This document shows positions 11,864 through 24,600 of a DNA stretch of 64,000 bases, piece after piece. Numbering within the stretch: the stretch's first letter is position 1; each line of letters begins with the position of its first letter. Source of the stretch: Takakia lepidozioides. Taxonomy: Eukaryota; Plantae; Bryophyta. The stretch covers positions 34,348,001 through 34,412,000 of the forward strand of contig CM060731.1 of assembly GCA_030704615.1 (NCBI GenBank). Direction: 5' to 3'. Below the pieces are notes generated by a model. That model did not search any database and had not been told where the DNA came from. It saw only the letters and a list, made by a program, of their open reading frames with translations. The position numbers and the translations under genes were made by a program.

Positions 11864-12310
11864 AAGCTTTTTTTGGAGGAAACTTCTCCATCAAGATACC
11901 TCCTTTGTCTAAGGAAGCTTCTCCATCAAGCTTGGAAACTTCTCCAGCAAGAACCTCCATAGGGGAAGTTTCTTAGGGAAGTTTCTTAGGGAAGTTTCTT
12001 AGTAGCCAGTATATATAGGAGGCGAGACTGAATACTCTTCAATCTTGCCAACACCAGTTCAAGCTACTCTTGTTTCCAGTTCCCAGTACCCTAGCCCAGT
12101 TTCCAGTATCTGGTACTCCAGTCCAGTTTCCAGCATTCCAGTATTCAAGTCGTGTTCCAATATCTTGTACCCTTGTTCATTGTTATAAAGATCCCCTTGA
12201 TTCTTATTTACTCATCGTGCATACTGCCATGCCGACCTTGACTTCTTGCCTAGTCTTGTATCTCTAGTCTGATCTCTTGTTTGTGTTCAGTCACGTTCTT
12301 GTCCTTGACA
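11864..12310 (+). repeat. 5' LTR of Gypsy-A (3' portion; interrupted by CACTA-1)
   Basis: Aligns with ~24797-25279; TATATATA box at 12010-12017; ends in CA. Confidence 0.92.
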
Positions 12311-12327
12311 GTTTGACGAGACTAAAG
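12311..12327 (+). promoter_or_regulatory. Non-tRNA primer-binding site of Gypsy-A (self-priming type)
   Basis: TTGACGAGACT (12313-12323) is complementary at 10/11 positions to AGTCTCGCCAA (24990-25000), about 30 nt downstream of the start of the LTR TATA box; no TGG-start tRNA PBS. Confidence 0.7.
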
Positions 12328-12926
12328 TTTGTTCCTTAGTTAGTTAAGATGGAAGGCACATTTGCGGAAATGGTCGCCACATTGCAGAGTCTTCAGCTCC
12401 AGATGCAAGAACTTCGTGCCTCTACTGCCCAACTACAAGATGATCAGTCTCAAGATCTTGACAACGCTCTCAACAATTTGCAACAACGAATTTCAGAGTT
12501 GAAGTAGTCAAACAATGGATCTTCAACCTTACGAGTCCCTACTACAACAAATCATACTGCAACGGTTCCTCCAAATCTTCAACAGATTACAAAGGAACCA
12601 AAGGTCAGCATGCCCGAAAAATTTAATGGGACGAGATCAAGATTTCGCGGTTTTGTTCAACAAGTACGATTGTTCCTACGACTACATCCACAACGCTACC
12701 CTGATGAAGGCATTCAAGTGGGATTTGTGGGCACCCTTCTATCCGGCACTGCCCTATCTTGGTTTTATCAGGTGTCAACCCTGTTTCTTATTTTCAGCCT
12801 GTTATTGCTTCCTCCTCTGTGCATCCCTATCATTCTCTCTCCCTCATATGAGCTGTACTTAGCCTCTGCAGCGTTGTTCGCTATTAGAGAAAAATTCGCA
12901 TCTACTATACAATTTTGAAGCGTTCA

Positions 12927-13716
12927 TGTCGCGCACCTCACTTCGGTAAGCTCTCCCCTCAAGTCATAGTTACTCGCTTGATGCGCGCGCCTAACTCCCA
13001 ACCTGGCCGCCGGGCCAACTTGGAGCTCCGGCTGCTCACCGGGGCATAACGGTCCCCCCCTTTGATCTCCCAAAAAACCCTCCAACGGTTTCAAACCAGC
13101 GGAATTCCCTTTGGTAGTTGGCGGTCCGGAACAGCCCCCCACTCTTTGGTCGCTTTCCGGCTCGCTCGCTTACTCACTAGTTTTTGGTCACCAACGGGCT
13201 TGCACCGTTCTCGGGGTTACTACTCCCTATACATACTTCTGTAGCTGTTCGCGGGGGTTTCACAAACAACCATGCCATTTTATGGCGAACCACCACGAAC
13301 ACCCTCGAATCCCGGTGATGAGTCGCGGTGAGTCTTGGCCCACCCACCTCGGCCCCTATGGACAGTGATGAGTCCCAAGACTCCCCACGACTCCCACCAC
13401 GAGGTCTTCGCCCCAGGGTGAGTCCTATGCCACCCCCACTAAGTCCCGCTAAGCTACCACCACCCCTTGTGGAGCCACCCCCACCGCAACCCGGTGTGCG
13501 GGGCTCCACCTAGTGAGCGCCTCTGCCTCCTTGAGTGCCTTGGGCACTCAAGGGTTCTTGGCAGCGTGGACTATAATTCCCAAGATTTCATTTGTGTTTA
13601 CAAACGCACCACCACAGGCTTGTTCTCCCCCATACCTATCGCTGCCACTGCCCCCACCACAGGGGCAGCCCCTTTTGTGTCCCGACCCCCTGCCCTCAAG
13701 GCAAAGGGCCGCGACA
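12927..13716 (-). repeat. 3' LTR of Gypsy-B (790 bp)
   Basis: Direct repeat of 19226-19951; preceded on the minus strand by PPT-like GGTAGGGGTGTG (13717-13728). Confidence 0.95.
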
Positions 13717-14622
13717 CACACCCCTACCAACAAGGAGTCGATGTCTTCATCGGCTTGTCCATTTTGTGGAAACAAACATCCAAGTTGTGGCGTCCCACAT
13801 CAAGGAGTTTGTTTCCGTACCATGGCGTCCCATGGCAAAGAACCAAACCCCACACTTGACTCTACTCTCCACTAGCTAGTTTGGCCGACTTCCTCCAAGT
13901 CCCGGCCAAGGGTGGAGCCTCTCAAGCTCCTCCCAGTGCACTCTTCTTGGCCTACTTCAAGGCCAAGGAACGATCCTCCCCGAGTATCGAATCGCCTTAC
14001 TGCAACAACATTGCTTGCGACCGCTCATGATGCCGCTTTTGGCACCACCTTGAGCAAGGGTTCGCCTCGAACCCTCTTTGACTAGGAAGATAACCTTGAA
14101 CCAACCGTGCGCCCCAATCACTACAATTGGGTCCGCCTTGGAATGCTGGCCTGAGGTACGGGAACACGCCGAAGCCGCACTACGACTTCGTCCCGAGGCT
14201 ACACGATTATAGTACGTGAACGGAAGCACATAGCTTCCGCGTTAGCCCGCACTACAAAGCAACCCCCTCGGTAGCGCAGTTATAGTATGCGCACGCGCCA
14301 GGTGCGCACTAGCACGTGAACTCCTAAAGAAGACGCAAGTTTCCTTGCCCCTTGGATGGGAGTCACCCGATTTCGGCACTTCGCAAACACACGATTAACC
14401 CAATTTACCTCTCTCACTTTTGTAAGCTAGCATGCATTATACACACTAGCCAACCACACCATGCATCACCATTCCAAACAAAATAGGACGCACAACATTT
14501 GGAACCCATTTCATTTATAACAAATTTTTGTACAATACAAGTTTTTGCAATCGGATTCCTAAGCTAGCTAAGCCGGGCTAAGCATGCATTTCCTCCCCCA
14601 CGCTCCAAGGTTGATGTCCCCA

Positions 14623-17600
14623 TCAACGCTTCTTCCGCTTTTGAGGTCGTCCTTCGAAAACTGCAACCGCCTCAGACGCGTTTCCCATTTCTGAGGCACG
14701 CACCCAAGATGCCTCCACCTGATGATAGCCCTTCCATTTGACGAGATACTCCGTTTCTCGGTTCTTGAACCTCTTCGACTTAAGTACTGCCTCCACCTCG
14801 TACTCAGGTTCATTTTCATGATCCAACAGCACAGGTGGCGGACGCAACACTTGATGCCGATTCGGACGCGCTTCATTTTTGAAGTAAGGCTTCAAAAGGG
14901 AGACGTGGAATACTGGATGCACCTTGCTGTTTGCCGGCAGCTCCAATTCATACACATCCTCATTCATAACCTTCCGGATGCGAAAGGGTCCCGCATACGG
15001 AGGTACGAACTTTGGACTCACTTCCGGAGGTAGTCGGAAATTCTTGATGTTCAACCAGACCTCCGTGCCTGCCTCAAACTTGACTTCCCTCCGCTTCCGA
15101 TTTGCCTGCCTTTCATACCGTTTCCTAGCTTTGGCAATGTTGTATTTTGCGAGCTTCAACAAATGCTCGCGTTCTTCCAGTACTGCCGCTACTGCCGGTT
15201 CCTCAACGTCCTGGGCGGCCCAACTTGTCGGCACCAGAGGTGCTTTTCCATAGACCAATACAAAAGGGGAAACTCCCGTTGCAGAGTGTTCTGTGTTATT
15301 ATAACAGAACTCTGCCGCGTCTAAGTGTTCCACCCAGTCTGTTTGGTCTGCCGACACGTAATTCCGCAAGATCTGCTTCACTACGGAATTCACTCTTTCC
15401 GTTTGGCTGTCGGTCGTAGGTCGGAAGGCAGTGCTCATCTTCAGCCTCGTCCCCATCTTCTTCCAAAGTGCCCTCCAAAATTTACTCGTAAACTTTGGAT
15501 CGCGGTCCGAGACAATATCCTTCGGGACTCCATGATGCTTTAAGATATGGGCGAAGTAAAGTCGTCATGTTTTCTGCGCCGTTGTCGTCTCCTTGGTGGG
15601 GATGAAATGGCCCATTTTACTGAACCTATCCACCACCACCATGATTGCATCGAATCCTTTTGACAGCGGCATAGCAGTCATGAAATCCATCGAGACGTTT
15701 TCCCAAGTCCCCTCTGGAATCGGCAAGGGTTGTAACAGCCCCGCTTGCTTTTTGTACTCGCTCCGGTTTTGTTGGCATGTGGTGCATGTCTTGACATACT
15801 CCTCTGCCTTCTCCCTCAGTTTGGGCCAGAAATACTCTTTCTTCAAGAGTGCCGCAGTGCGCTTGGCTCCGCCGTGGCCCGCAAGCGGGCTATCATGGCA
15901 TTCTCTCAAGAGGTTATCTCTGATCCTTTCCTTCGGCATGTAGAGACGCTTTTGCTTATACCGGAGCAGTCCATTTTGCAAGTGGAACTGCGATTTAACC
16001 CCCATCATCAAGTCCTGCATCACGGACTTCGCCAGCTCATCCTTCCGGCAAGCCTTCCGGATCTTCCTTTGGAGTGTCGTCTCGCCCATGTACACCAACA
16101 GGAGCTGCTGCTTTCTACTTAAAGCATCGGCCACCACGTTGTCCCGTCCTGGTTTGTACTGGATATCCACGTCGAACACCGCCAAAGTATCTTGCCACCT
16201 AAGTTATTTTGGGGACAACTTGGGTTGCGTGGCAAAATACTTCACCATGACATTGTCCGTGAACACCTTCACTGGGTTGGAACCAACATAGTGGCGCCAA
16301 AGCTCAAGACAGTGCACCACCGCCTTCATCTCCTTCTCGTGCGTCGGCCACCATCACTCCACTTCATTCAGTTTCTTACTTTCGTAAGCCACTGGACGTC
16401 CATCTTGCATCAGTACACCCCCAATCGCGAAGTCCGACGCATCTGTATGAATCTCGAACGGACGATCGAACTCTGGGATTTTCAAGACTGGAGCTTCCGC
16501 CATCCGCTGCTTTAATTCAGCAAAAGCTTGGCCACAAAAGGTGTTCCATGCCCACACAGAAGGTCTGACAGCGGCCCCGCGATCTTGGCAAAATTTCTCA
16601 CATACTTCCGGTAATAGGAGGCGAGTCCTAGGAAGGATCGCACTCCCGGGACCGAAGTCGGAGGCTCCCAGTCCAAGATTGCCCTCACTTTCCTGTCATC
16701 CATTTTGATCCCATCCTGTGTTATCACATGCCCCAAGAACTCCACTTTTGTGACCCCGAATTCGCACTTTGAAGCTTTGGCATACAACTTCCCTTCCCGC
16801 AATTTCTGGAACACCCTTTTGAGGTGCTCCAGGTGCTCCTCCTTTGTTTTCGAATACACCAAGATGTCGTCGATGTACACGATCACAAAGTCATCCAACC
16901 ACTCCTGGAAAAGGCTGTTCATCAGCGTGCTAAAGGTTGCGGGAGCGTTGGTGAGTCCAAAAGGCATCACCAAGAACTCATATGAACCATACCTTGTCCT
17001 GCACGCGGTCTTCTCCTCATCTCCTTCCGCCACTCGAATTTGATGATAGCCGGAGCGCAGATCGATCCGGCTGAAATACTTTGCTCTTGCCAACCGATCG
17101 AAAAGGTCGTCGATCCTTGGCAAAGGGTACCGGTTTTTTATAGTCATCTTATTCAAAGCCCTGTAATTGACACACATCCGCAGCGTCCCATCCTTCTTGT
17201 CTGCGAATAGCACCGGGGCTCCGTAAGGTGACTTACTCAGCCGGATGTACCCCTTTGACATTAGATCTTTGAGTTGAGTCTTCAGCTCGACCAACTCTCT
17301 GTGGCTCAACCGGTAGGGCGCCTTGGCAGGCGGTTCCGATCCCGGTATCACCTCAATCTTGTGGTCAACTCCTCTTTGTGGTGGCACCCCGCTTGGTAAA
17401 TCCTCCGGCATCACATCCTGGTATTTCTCCGAAATCCCCTTGATCCAATCTGGGCTCGGCTCCCCATCGCCTTCTCCCTTCACTTCTCTAATGTAAAGCA
17501 AAAACTGGGGCTCGTGTGCCTCCTCCACGGCCCACTCCCTTGCTGACAGAAGGTTTATTTGCCCTCCCACGGGCTTGGGCGTTTCCGACACTCGTAAGAC

Positions 17601-19170
17601 CTCGCCACCATTCCCACATGGCAGCGTGACTACTCTCTTGCGGCCATCTATGACCGCTCCGGATTTGCTCAAAAAGGTCATCCCCAAAATGAGATCCACT
17701 CCATCGATCTCGCAGATGGTGAAGTTCTCACGTCCCTCCCAACTCCCCAGTTGAAGAGGAACATCAAATGCCAACCTTGTCGCCAATTGCGGTTCTCCTT
17801 TGGCAGAACGCACCTCAATAGAGGCCCCCACGTCACTTGTCGGGAGTCCCAGCTTTTGTGCCGTTGCCGGTGTCATGAAGAAGTGCGACGCTCCTGTGTC
17901 CACCAACAACGACACGTTAGTTCCGGATATTATTCCATCCACGAACAATAACTGACTCCCTTTACGTAAGGCGCCAGTTTCCTAATACAACTCACAAGAA
18001 AATTTGCCTACCTTGCAAGTTCTAGCGATCACCGCTTCTACCAAGCGACTGATGGTATCTTCCGACAGCTCTGTGGTCGCCCGAGTCATGTTCAATTGCC
18101 AGGGCTTCGTGCACTTCTTGGCCATGTGCCCGGGCTCCCCGCAATTGAAACACACTCCATCAAAGGTCGCCTTCTGTCCGCCATAGGCCGCTCCACCCGC
18201 CTTTCCTTTCGAAGCACCGGGTGTCACCTTGACTTGTGAAGGCCCTCCCTTTGATTTCCACGTGCCATTGTCGCCGCGTGGCCTATCCCACTTTTTTTCC
18301 GGTCGGAAGGAGTCACCTTCCCGCCGGGTCTTCTTGTGGTTCAGCTCCGTACGGCCTTGTCTTCCCTTAGGGACATCCGAGAAACATTCAGCCCTCTCAA
18401 TTGCCTCGTTCAAAGTCTTAGGTGGCTTCTCCTCCAACTTCCGCCTGGCCCATGGGGCCAGTCCCGCCACAAAGTTAAAGACCATTTCTGGTTCTGCCAT
18501 GTCTGCGACTTCGAGCAACAGCACATTGAAAACCTGGACATATCCCCGAATGTCATCTGTTTGCTTCAAATTCCTCATCTTGTCCCGAGCGAGCCAGGAC
18601 GCGTTGAGGGGCACAAACTGCCTCTTCATCAATTCCTTGAACCCACTCCAGTTCAAGGTTTCCGGGCTTGGACCTCGGTCGTGAAGGCATTTCTGCCACC
18701 ATTGTTGAGCATAGCCCATCAAATAGGTGGGAGCCACTTCCACCCGATCCTCGTCAGTCAACTTGGCCGCCCGGAAGTACTGCTCTAGCTCCAAGAGCCA
18801 GGTGTTGAGTGCCTTCCGATTTCGGACGCCCTCGAAGGTGCCGGGTTCCTTAGGCTTCACCTTAAACTTAGCCTTACTTCAAAGTGACATTAGCCGCCTT
18901 CAACACGTCTTTCAACGTCCCGCCAAATTGCGCCAACAACCCTTCCCAAAAGGCTGTCGGCATAGGAGGCATCTGTTGGTCGGTCGGAGCTCTCAGGGAT
19001 TCCTCAGGCTCCGACTCCTCAAATTCCTCCCGCTCTTGAGCGGCCTCGTTTTCGGAAACATGCATCGCTTCCTCAAACGGCCGCCTCGGTGACACGTCGC
19101 CCCCATCGGGCTCACCAGGATCATCATCTTTAGGGCCGTTCCGCTTTCGCTTTGGCTTGCCCGACCCCAT
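14623..19170 (-). pseudogene. gag-pol of Gypsy-B (few frameshifts/stops)
   Basis: ORFs 18874-19224, 17982-18860, 16512-17948, 16354-16557, 15565-16185, 14623-15456 give gag-PR-RT-RH-IN-chromo in order. Confidence 0.93.
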
Positions 19171-19211
19171 GATGAGGCAAATCCCAAGGATGATCGCGTA
19201 TTGAACTCTAA

Positions 19212-19223
19212 GCTCTAATACCA
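19212..19223 (-). promoter_or_regulatory. PBS of Gypsy-B (tRNA-iMet type)
   Basis: Minus strand TGGTATTAGAGC, one mismatch from canonical TGGTATCAGAGC, 2 nt from the 5' LTR. Confidence 0.85.
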
Positions 19224-19225
19224 AG

Positions 19226-19951
19226 TGTCGCGCACCTCACTTTGGTAAGCTCTCCCCTCAAGTCATAGTTACTCGCTTGATGCGCGCGCCTAACTCCCAA
19301 CCTGGCCGCCGGGCCAACTTGGAGCTCCGGCTGCTCACCGGGGCATAACGGTCCCCCCTTTGATCTCCCAAAAAACCCTCCAACGGTTTCAAACCAGCGG
19401 AATTCCCTTTGGTAGTTGGCGGTCCGGAACAGCCCCCCACTCTTTGGTCGCTTTCCGGCTCGCTCGCTTACTCACTAGTTTTTGGTCACCAACGGGCTTG
19501 CACCATTCTCGGGGTTACTACTCCCTATATATACTTCTGTAGCTGTTCGCGGGGGTTTCACAAACAACCATGCCATTTTATGGCGAACCACCACGAACAC
19601 CCTCGAATCCCGGTGATGAGTCGCGGTGAGTCTTGGCCCACCCACCTCGGCCCCTATGGACCGTGATGAGTCCCAAGACTCCCCACGACTTCCACCACGA
19701 GGTCTTCGCCCCAGGGTGAGTCCTATGCCACCCCCACTAAGTCCCGCTAAGCTACCACCACCCCTTGTGGAACCACCCCCACCGCAACCTGGTGTGCGGG
19801 GCTCCACCTAGTGAGCGCATCTGCCTCCTTGAGTGCCTTGAGCACTCAAGGGTGCTTCAGCCCCCCATACCTATCGCTGCCACTGCCCCCACCACAGGGG
19901 CAGCCCCTTTTGTGTCCCGACCCCTTGCCCTCAAGGCAAAAGGCCGCGACA
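19226..19951 (-). repeat. 5' LTR of Gypsy-B (726 bp)
   Basis: Direct repeat of 12927-13716 with about 11 substitutions and one ~63-bp indel (counted by eye). Confidence 0.95.
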
Positions 19952-20505
19952 GTTCATGTCCGAGTTTACTGCAACGTTTGGAGAGAATGATAGAGAGAGA
20001 GTTGCAAAAACAAAGATGCGAAATCTTCGACAAGGAGCACGTCCAGCTTCCGTTTATGCTGCCGAATTTCGACAACTTGCGTACGACCTCTACTGGAATG
20101 AGAAGAGTCTCATAGTCAGTTTCAATGTGGCCTAAAAGAGGATGTAAAAGATTTGTTGCTGACAATGCCAAACGTGAGTACACTGAGCGAATTCATCACC
20201 CAAGTCATTGCATGCGATAATCGTTTATTCGAAAGACATTAAGAGAAGCGATCTGGATGGTCGACGATGCACCATGTCGCTGCTACTACGACACCAAACA
20301 CAACGATGCATCAGACATTCGGTAATGATCCTATGCAGATTAATGATGTCCGATTCAAGCCATTGACGCCACAAGAAAAACAAAGACGACGCTCGAATAT
20401 GTTATGCCTTTATTGCGGAGAAGATGATCACATAGCATTAAACTGCCCCAACAAGAGAAGATTCAAAGTTCAGGGCACAACTCAAGTGTTCAATACGAGG
20501 AGGTC

Positions 20506-20554
20506 GGAAAACGAGGATGTCCAGTCACAGTAGGGACCATGCGGCTGGACACCC
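20506..20554 (+). promoter_or_regulatory. Putative -1 ribosomal frameshift signal (gag to pol) of Gypsy-A
   Basis: G GAA AAC at the end of gag, pol in the -1 frame, followed by stem ggatgtccagtcaca / tgcggctggacaccc. Confidence 0.65.
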
Positions 20555-23500
20555 CAAATTCCTCACCCAAAAAAAATCTCTTTCTATCTCTAGACCTTGT
20601 ACTTTGTTTCACAATTCCAGTAAAGATCAGGATGCAAAATCGAGATATTTCCATAGAAGCACTTTTGGACTCGGGCGCTTCAGCGTGTTTTATTGACAAA
20701 GACTTTGCGAAGCAACACAATTTAACGCTTGTAAGAAAGAAATTTTCGGCCCATGTTGAAGTCATCGATGGACGACCGTTAGCATTAGGAAATATTGACC
20801 ATGAAACTCGACCCCTTGAAGTGAGGCTTAAAAATCAAGCATCACAGATTGTTTTCAATGTCATCCAGTCTCCAACGAATCTTGTGATCCTTGGACTTCC
20901 CTGGTTTGTACTTCATAATCCTGTCATCGACTGACGATCACGAAAAATTTCGGCAAGACCAAAGGTATTCAACCCATGTTTCTTGGAGCTAGAGCCTTCA
21001 TGAGAGCTATGAAAAAAGACGCGATATTTGCACTTTATGCGACCCCGATCAAAACCACAACAGACCAAGGTACTTCGACATTACCCACTCAATATCAAGA
21101 ATTCAAGGATGTCTTCGAGAAGAAAAATGCAGACATGTTGCCAGAACATCGACATTATGATTGTGCAATTGAGTTGCAAGAAGGAGCTCAACCACCATTC
21201 GGCCCGATCTACAATTTATCTCAGACGGAGCTGGCTGCTTTATGCGAATACATTGATGAAAATTTATTAAAGAATTTCATTCGACATTCGAAATCACCCG
21301 CGGGAGCACCTATCTTATTTGTGAAGAAGAAAGACGGATCGTTACCCATGTATGTGGACTATCGTGGGCTCAACAAAGTCACTATAAAAAATCGTTACCC
21401 ACCACCGCTGATTTTCGAACTCCTCGAACAACTTGGACGAGCAAATTTTGTCACGAAGATCGACTTGAGAGGAGCTTACAACCTTGTACGAATAAAAGAA
21501 TGAGACGAATGGAAGACTGCTTTTCGCGCAAGGTACAGACATTTCGAATACAGTGTTATCTCATTCGGTCTTACAAATGCTCCAGTAATTTTTCAACACA
21601 TGATGAATGACATCTTTCGAGAATTTTTAGATGACTTTGTAGTCATCTATTTGGACGACATTTTGATATTTTCACATAATGAAGAAGAACATGGTCGCCA
21701 TGTACGCCTTGTCCTTGATAAATTGAGGGAGAAAAAAACTACATGTCAAGTTGGAAAAATGTCTTTTCTACCAATCTGAAGTCGAATTTTTGGGCTACAT
21801 TATTTCCGACAAAGGAGTATTTATGGATCAGAAGAAAGTACAAACCATCATCGAGTGGATTAAACCAACTTTGCTCCGAGATGTACAATGTTTTCTAGGA
21901 TTTGCAAATTTCTATAAAATCTTCATCAAGAACTATTCCAAAATTGCTGCACCATTGACACGACTAACAATGAAGGACAAATTTGTATGGGACGAGAAGG
22001 CTGACCAAGCATTTGAAAGGCTGAAGCAGACATTCACAACGACTCCAATACTGGTACATGTAAACCCATCTGAACCATTCTTTTTGGAAGCAGATGCATC
22101 AGACTTTGCACTTGGCGTGGTACTCTCTCAATACGATACATATGGCCGACTTCACCCTGTGGTTTTCGTTCTCGCAAATTTTCCGCTGTGGAGATCAATT
22201 ATGAAATCCATGACAAAGAACTTCTAGCGATTATTGATGTTTTTGAGGATTGGCGTCATCTATTGGAGGGAGCTAAACATCAAGTCACAGTCTATACCGA
22301 TCACAAAAACCTCGAGTGTTTTATGAGTGCTCGTGTTTTGAATCGACGTCAAGCGAGATGAAGTATGTCACTAGCAAGGTTTGATTTTGTTATTACCTAC
22401 TGTCCCGGTCATCTTAAAAGAAAACCAGATGCTCTTTCTCGAAGATCGTATCTTGCGCCAAAAGAAGAGGATGCAGCTTTTGACCAACAGAAATCCATCA
22501 TCTTGAAATCAGCAAATCTCCAAGTGAATATGCTATCCATGTCCACCTATGATGATGTAGAGATCATAAAGGAGATCCAGGAAGCACTGAAGAACGACCA
22601 ATTTGTCACGACACTACGAAGTCAACTAAATCGACCTCGAGACAACCCACATGTTACAAACGACTTCGAATTTAAAGATGATTTACTTTATTTCAAGGGA
22701 CTTCTCTATGTACCTCCAAGACCTATACGACTTCGAATTCTTCAAACATGTCATGATCTTCCGGCTGCAGGATATTTCGGCTTCAACAAAACAATGGAAT
22801 TGATATCTAGGGACTATTGGTGGCCACAGATGTGGAAACTCGTGAAAGAATTTATAAAATCTTGCGACACATGTGCTAGAGCGAAGGGACCACGACATCG
22901 ACCTTACGGCCTTCTTCAACCATTACTTATTCCCAAGGGTCCATGGTCATTCGTGTCTATGGACTTTATTACGGACCTTCCAATTTCCAAGACCACCGAT
23001 TCAATCATTGTTATTGTAGATCGTTTTACGAATATGACACATTTCATTCCATGTAATAAGACGGTTATCGGCGAGGAAACTGCAAGACTCTTTCTCAATA
23101 ATATCTACCGCATTCATGGACTCCTGAAGGACATCGTATCTGATCGAGGACCACAGTTCATATCAAATTTCTGGAGGGGATTATTTCACATATTGGATAC
23201 TAAGATCAACCTCTCTATAGCTAATCATCCACAGACTGATGGTCAAACCGAACGTGTAAACCAGATTTTGGAACAGTATCTTCGCTGTATGATAAATTAT
23301 CACCAAGATAATTGGACGGACCTTTTATCATTGGCTGAGTTTGCCTACAACAATACTATACATTCTTCGACCAAACAAACTTCATTTTTTTCCAATTATG
23401 GTCATCATCCTCGAGCAAACCCTTTCCACATGAAGACTGTTGGAAACCCTGCTGTAGAAAACCTTGCTACTCATCTTGCTATGATTCACAATGAGCTTAC

Positions 23501-24600
23501 TATCCACATCGCAGATGCTAAAAAACAATACAAGGACTATGCAGATCAACGTCGCCAACTCCAACCCCAGTTCAAGATCGGAGATCGTGTGTGGCTTCTT
23601 CGACATGACATACAAACCGTGCGACCATCAAGGAAGTTGGATTATCAACGTCTGGGACCATTCAAAATTATTCGACAAATAAATCCGGTCAGTTTTCGGC
23701 TTGAACTCCCACGAAGTATGCGCATCCATCCAGTCTTTCATGTTTCATTATTGGAGTTGTATCATCCATCAAATACTCTAGGGAGAGTCTTCGTACCACC
23801 TCCACCAATCGAAGTCAATCAGGAGATTAAGTATGAAGTCGACGAAGTCTTAGACTCTCGCATCAAGTATAAACGTTTTGAGTATTTCATACATTAGAAA
23901 GGCTACGACATCAGCGAACGAACGTGGGAACCTTTATCCAATGCATCTGACAAAGTCCAAGAGTTTCATCAACGATATCCAGCTAAGCCCCGAGCTACAC
24001 GTCAATAACACGTCACAATGATGATGTCAAGCCAAGTTACTTCAAAGGTGAAGACTCCACGTTCAATGTACCTGATACACGCTAAGGAGGGAGGAGCACC
24101 ACACATCAGTATATATAGCTACACTTCCAACACTCTTGCATCTTGTATGGCAGTAGTATGGAGTCACAAGAACCAGATACATTGGAGTTGTCGCTTACTC
24201 AGCTACCAGATCAGCCGTTATGACTCTCACGACCTTCAACATCACGCCGACGCTCTCGAGACGATGGACCACCAATGCGACGCGTACTTCCTTGTCTGGA
24301 CCCCGTACGACGGCAAATGGAGCCTACTCGAAGTCTGATAATTTTGTTGGAGGTTGAGGTTTCGAATGCAGAGTGCAATGAAATTATGTTTGAAAGCAGC
24401 TTCAAGAATCAGAATGCTCAAATCACTGCTTGGTCCCAAGTTCAAGGTGTTGGACACTATCGATGGTTGCAGGGACCTATAAATCATTTGAGTCAAGAAC
24501 AAAGAGCCCAATACTTGGCAAGTACCATTCGCCGGATTTTGGATTTTTCCAATTCTAAGCAAGTCCAAAGATTTTACCGTTCTTCGAGGAATTCGGCGCT

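Larger units (their letters stand above)
12927..19951 (-). mobile_element. Full-length Ty3/gypsy chromovirus, Galadriel-like ('Gypsy-B')
   Basis: TGTCGCG...CGCGACA termini; 5-bp TSD GTTCA (12922-12926, 19952-19956). gag PKEPGTFEGVRN..WLLELEQYF and CFNCGEPGHMAKKC; LVDTGA; YIDDILVY; IHTDASDFAIGGVLMQDG..AYESKKLN; integrase; chromodomain YEVEAVL...YLVKWKGY. Confidence 0.96.
12349..24008 (+). pseudogene. gag-pol of Gypsy-A (interrupted by Gypsy-B; stops and frameshifts)
   Basis: gag reads ...NFEAF|M SEFTATFGEND... across the Gypsy-B insertion. ORF pieces 12610-12918, 20267-20533, 20539-20934, 20976-21503, 21751-22227, 22365-23897. Confidence 0.9.

Noticed and set aside
13062-13879. Small ORFs repeated at 19360-20115
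   Set aside because: They are duplicated only because they lie in the two GC-rich LTRs of Gypsy-B; no protein motifs.
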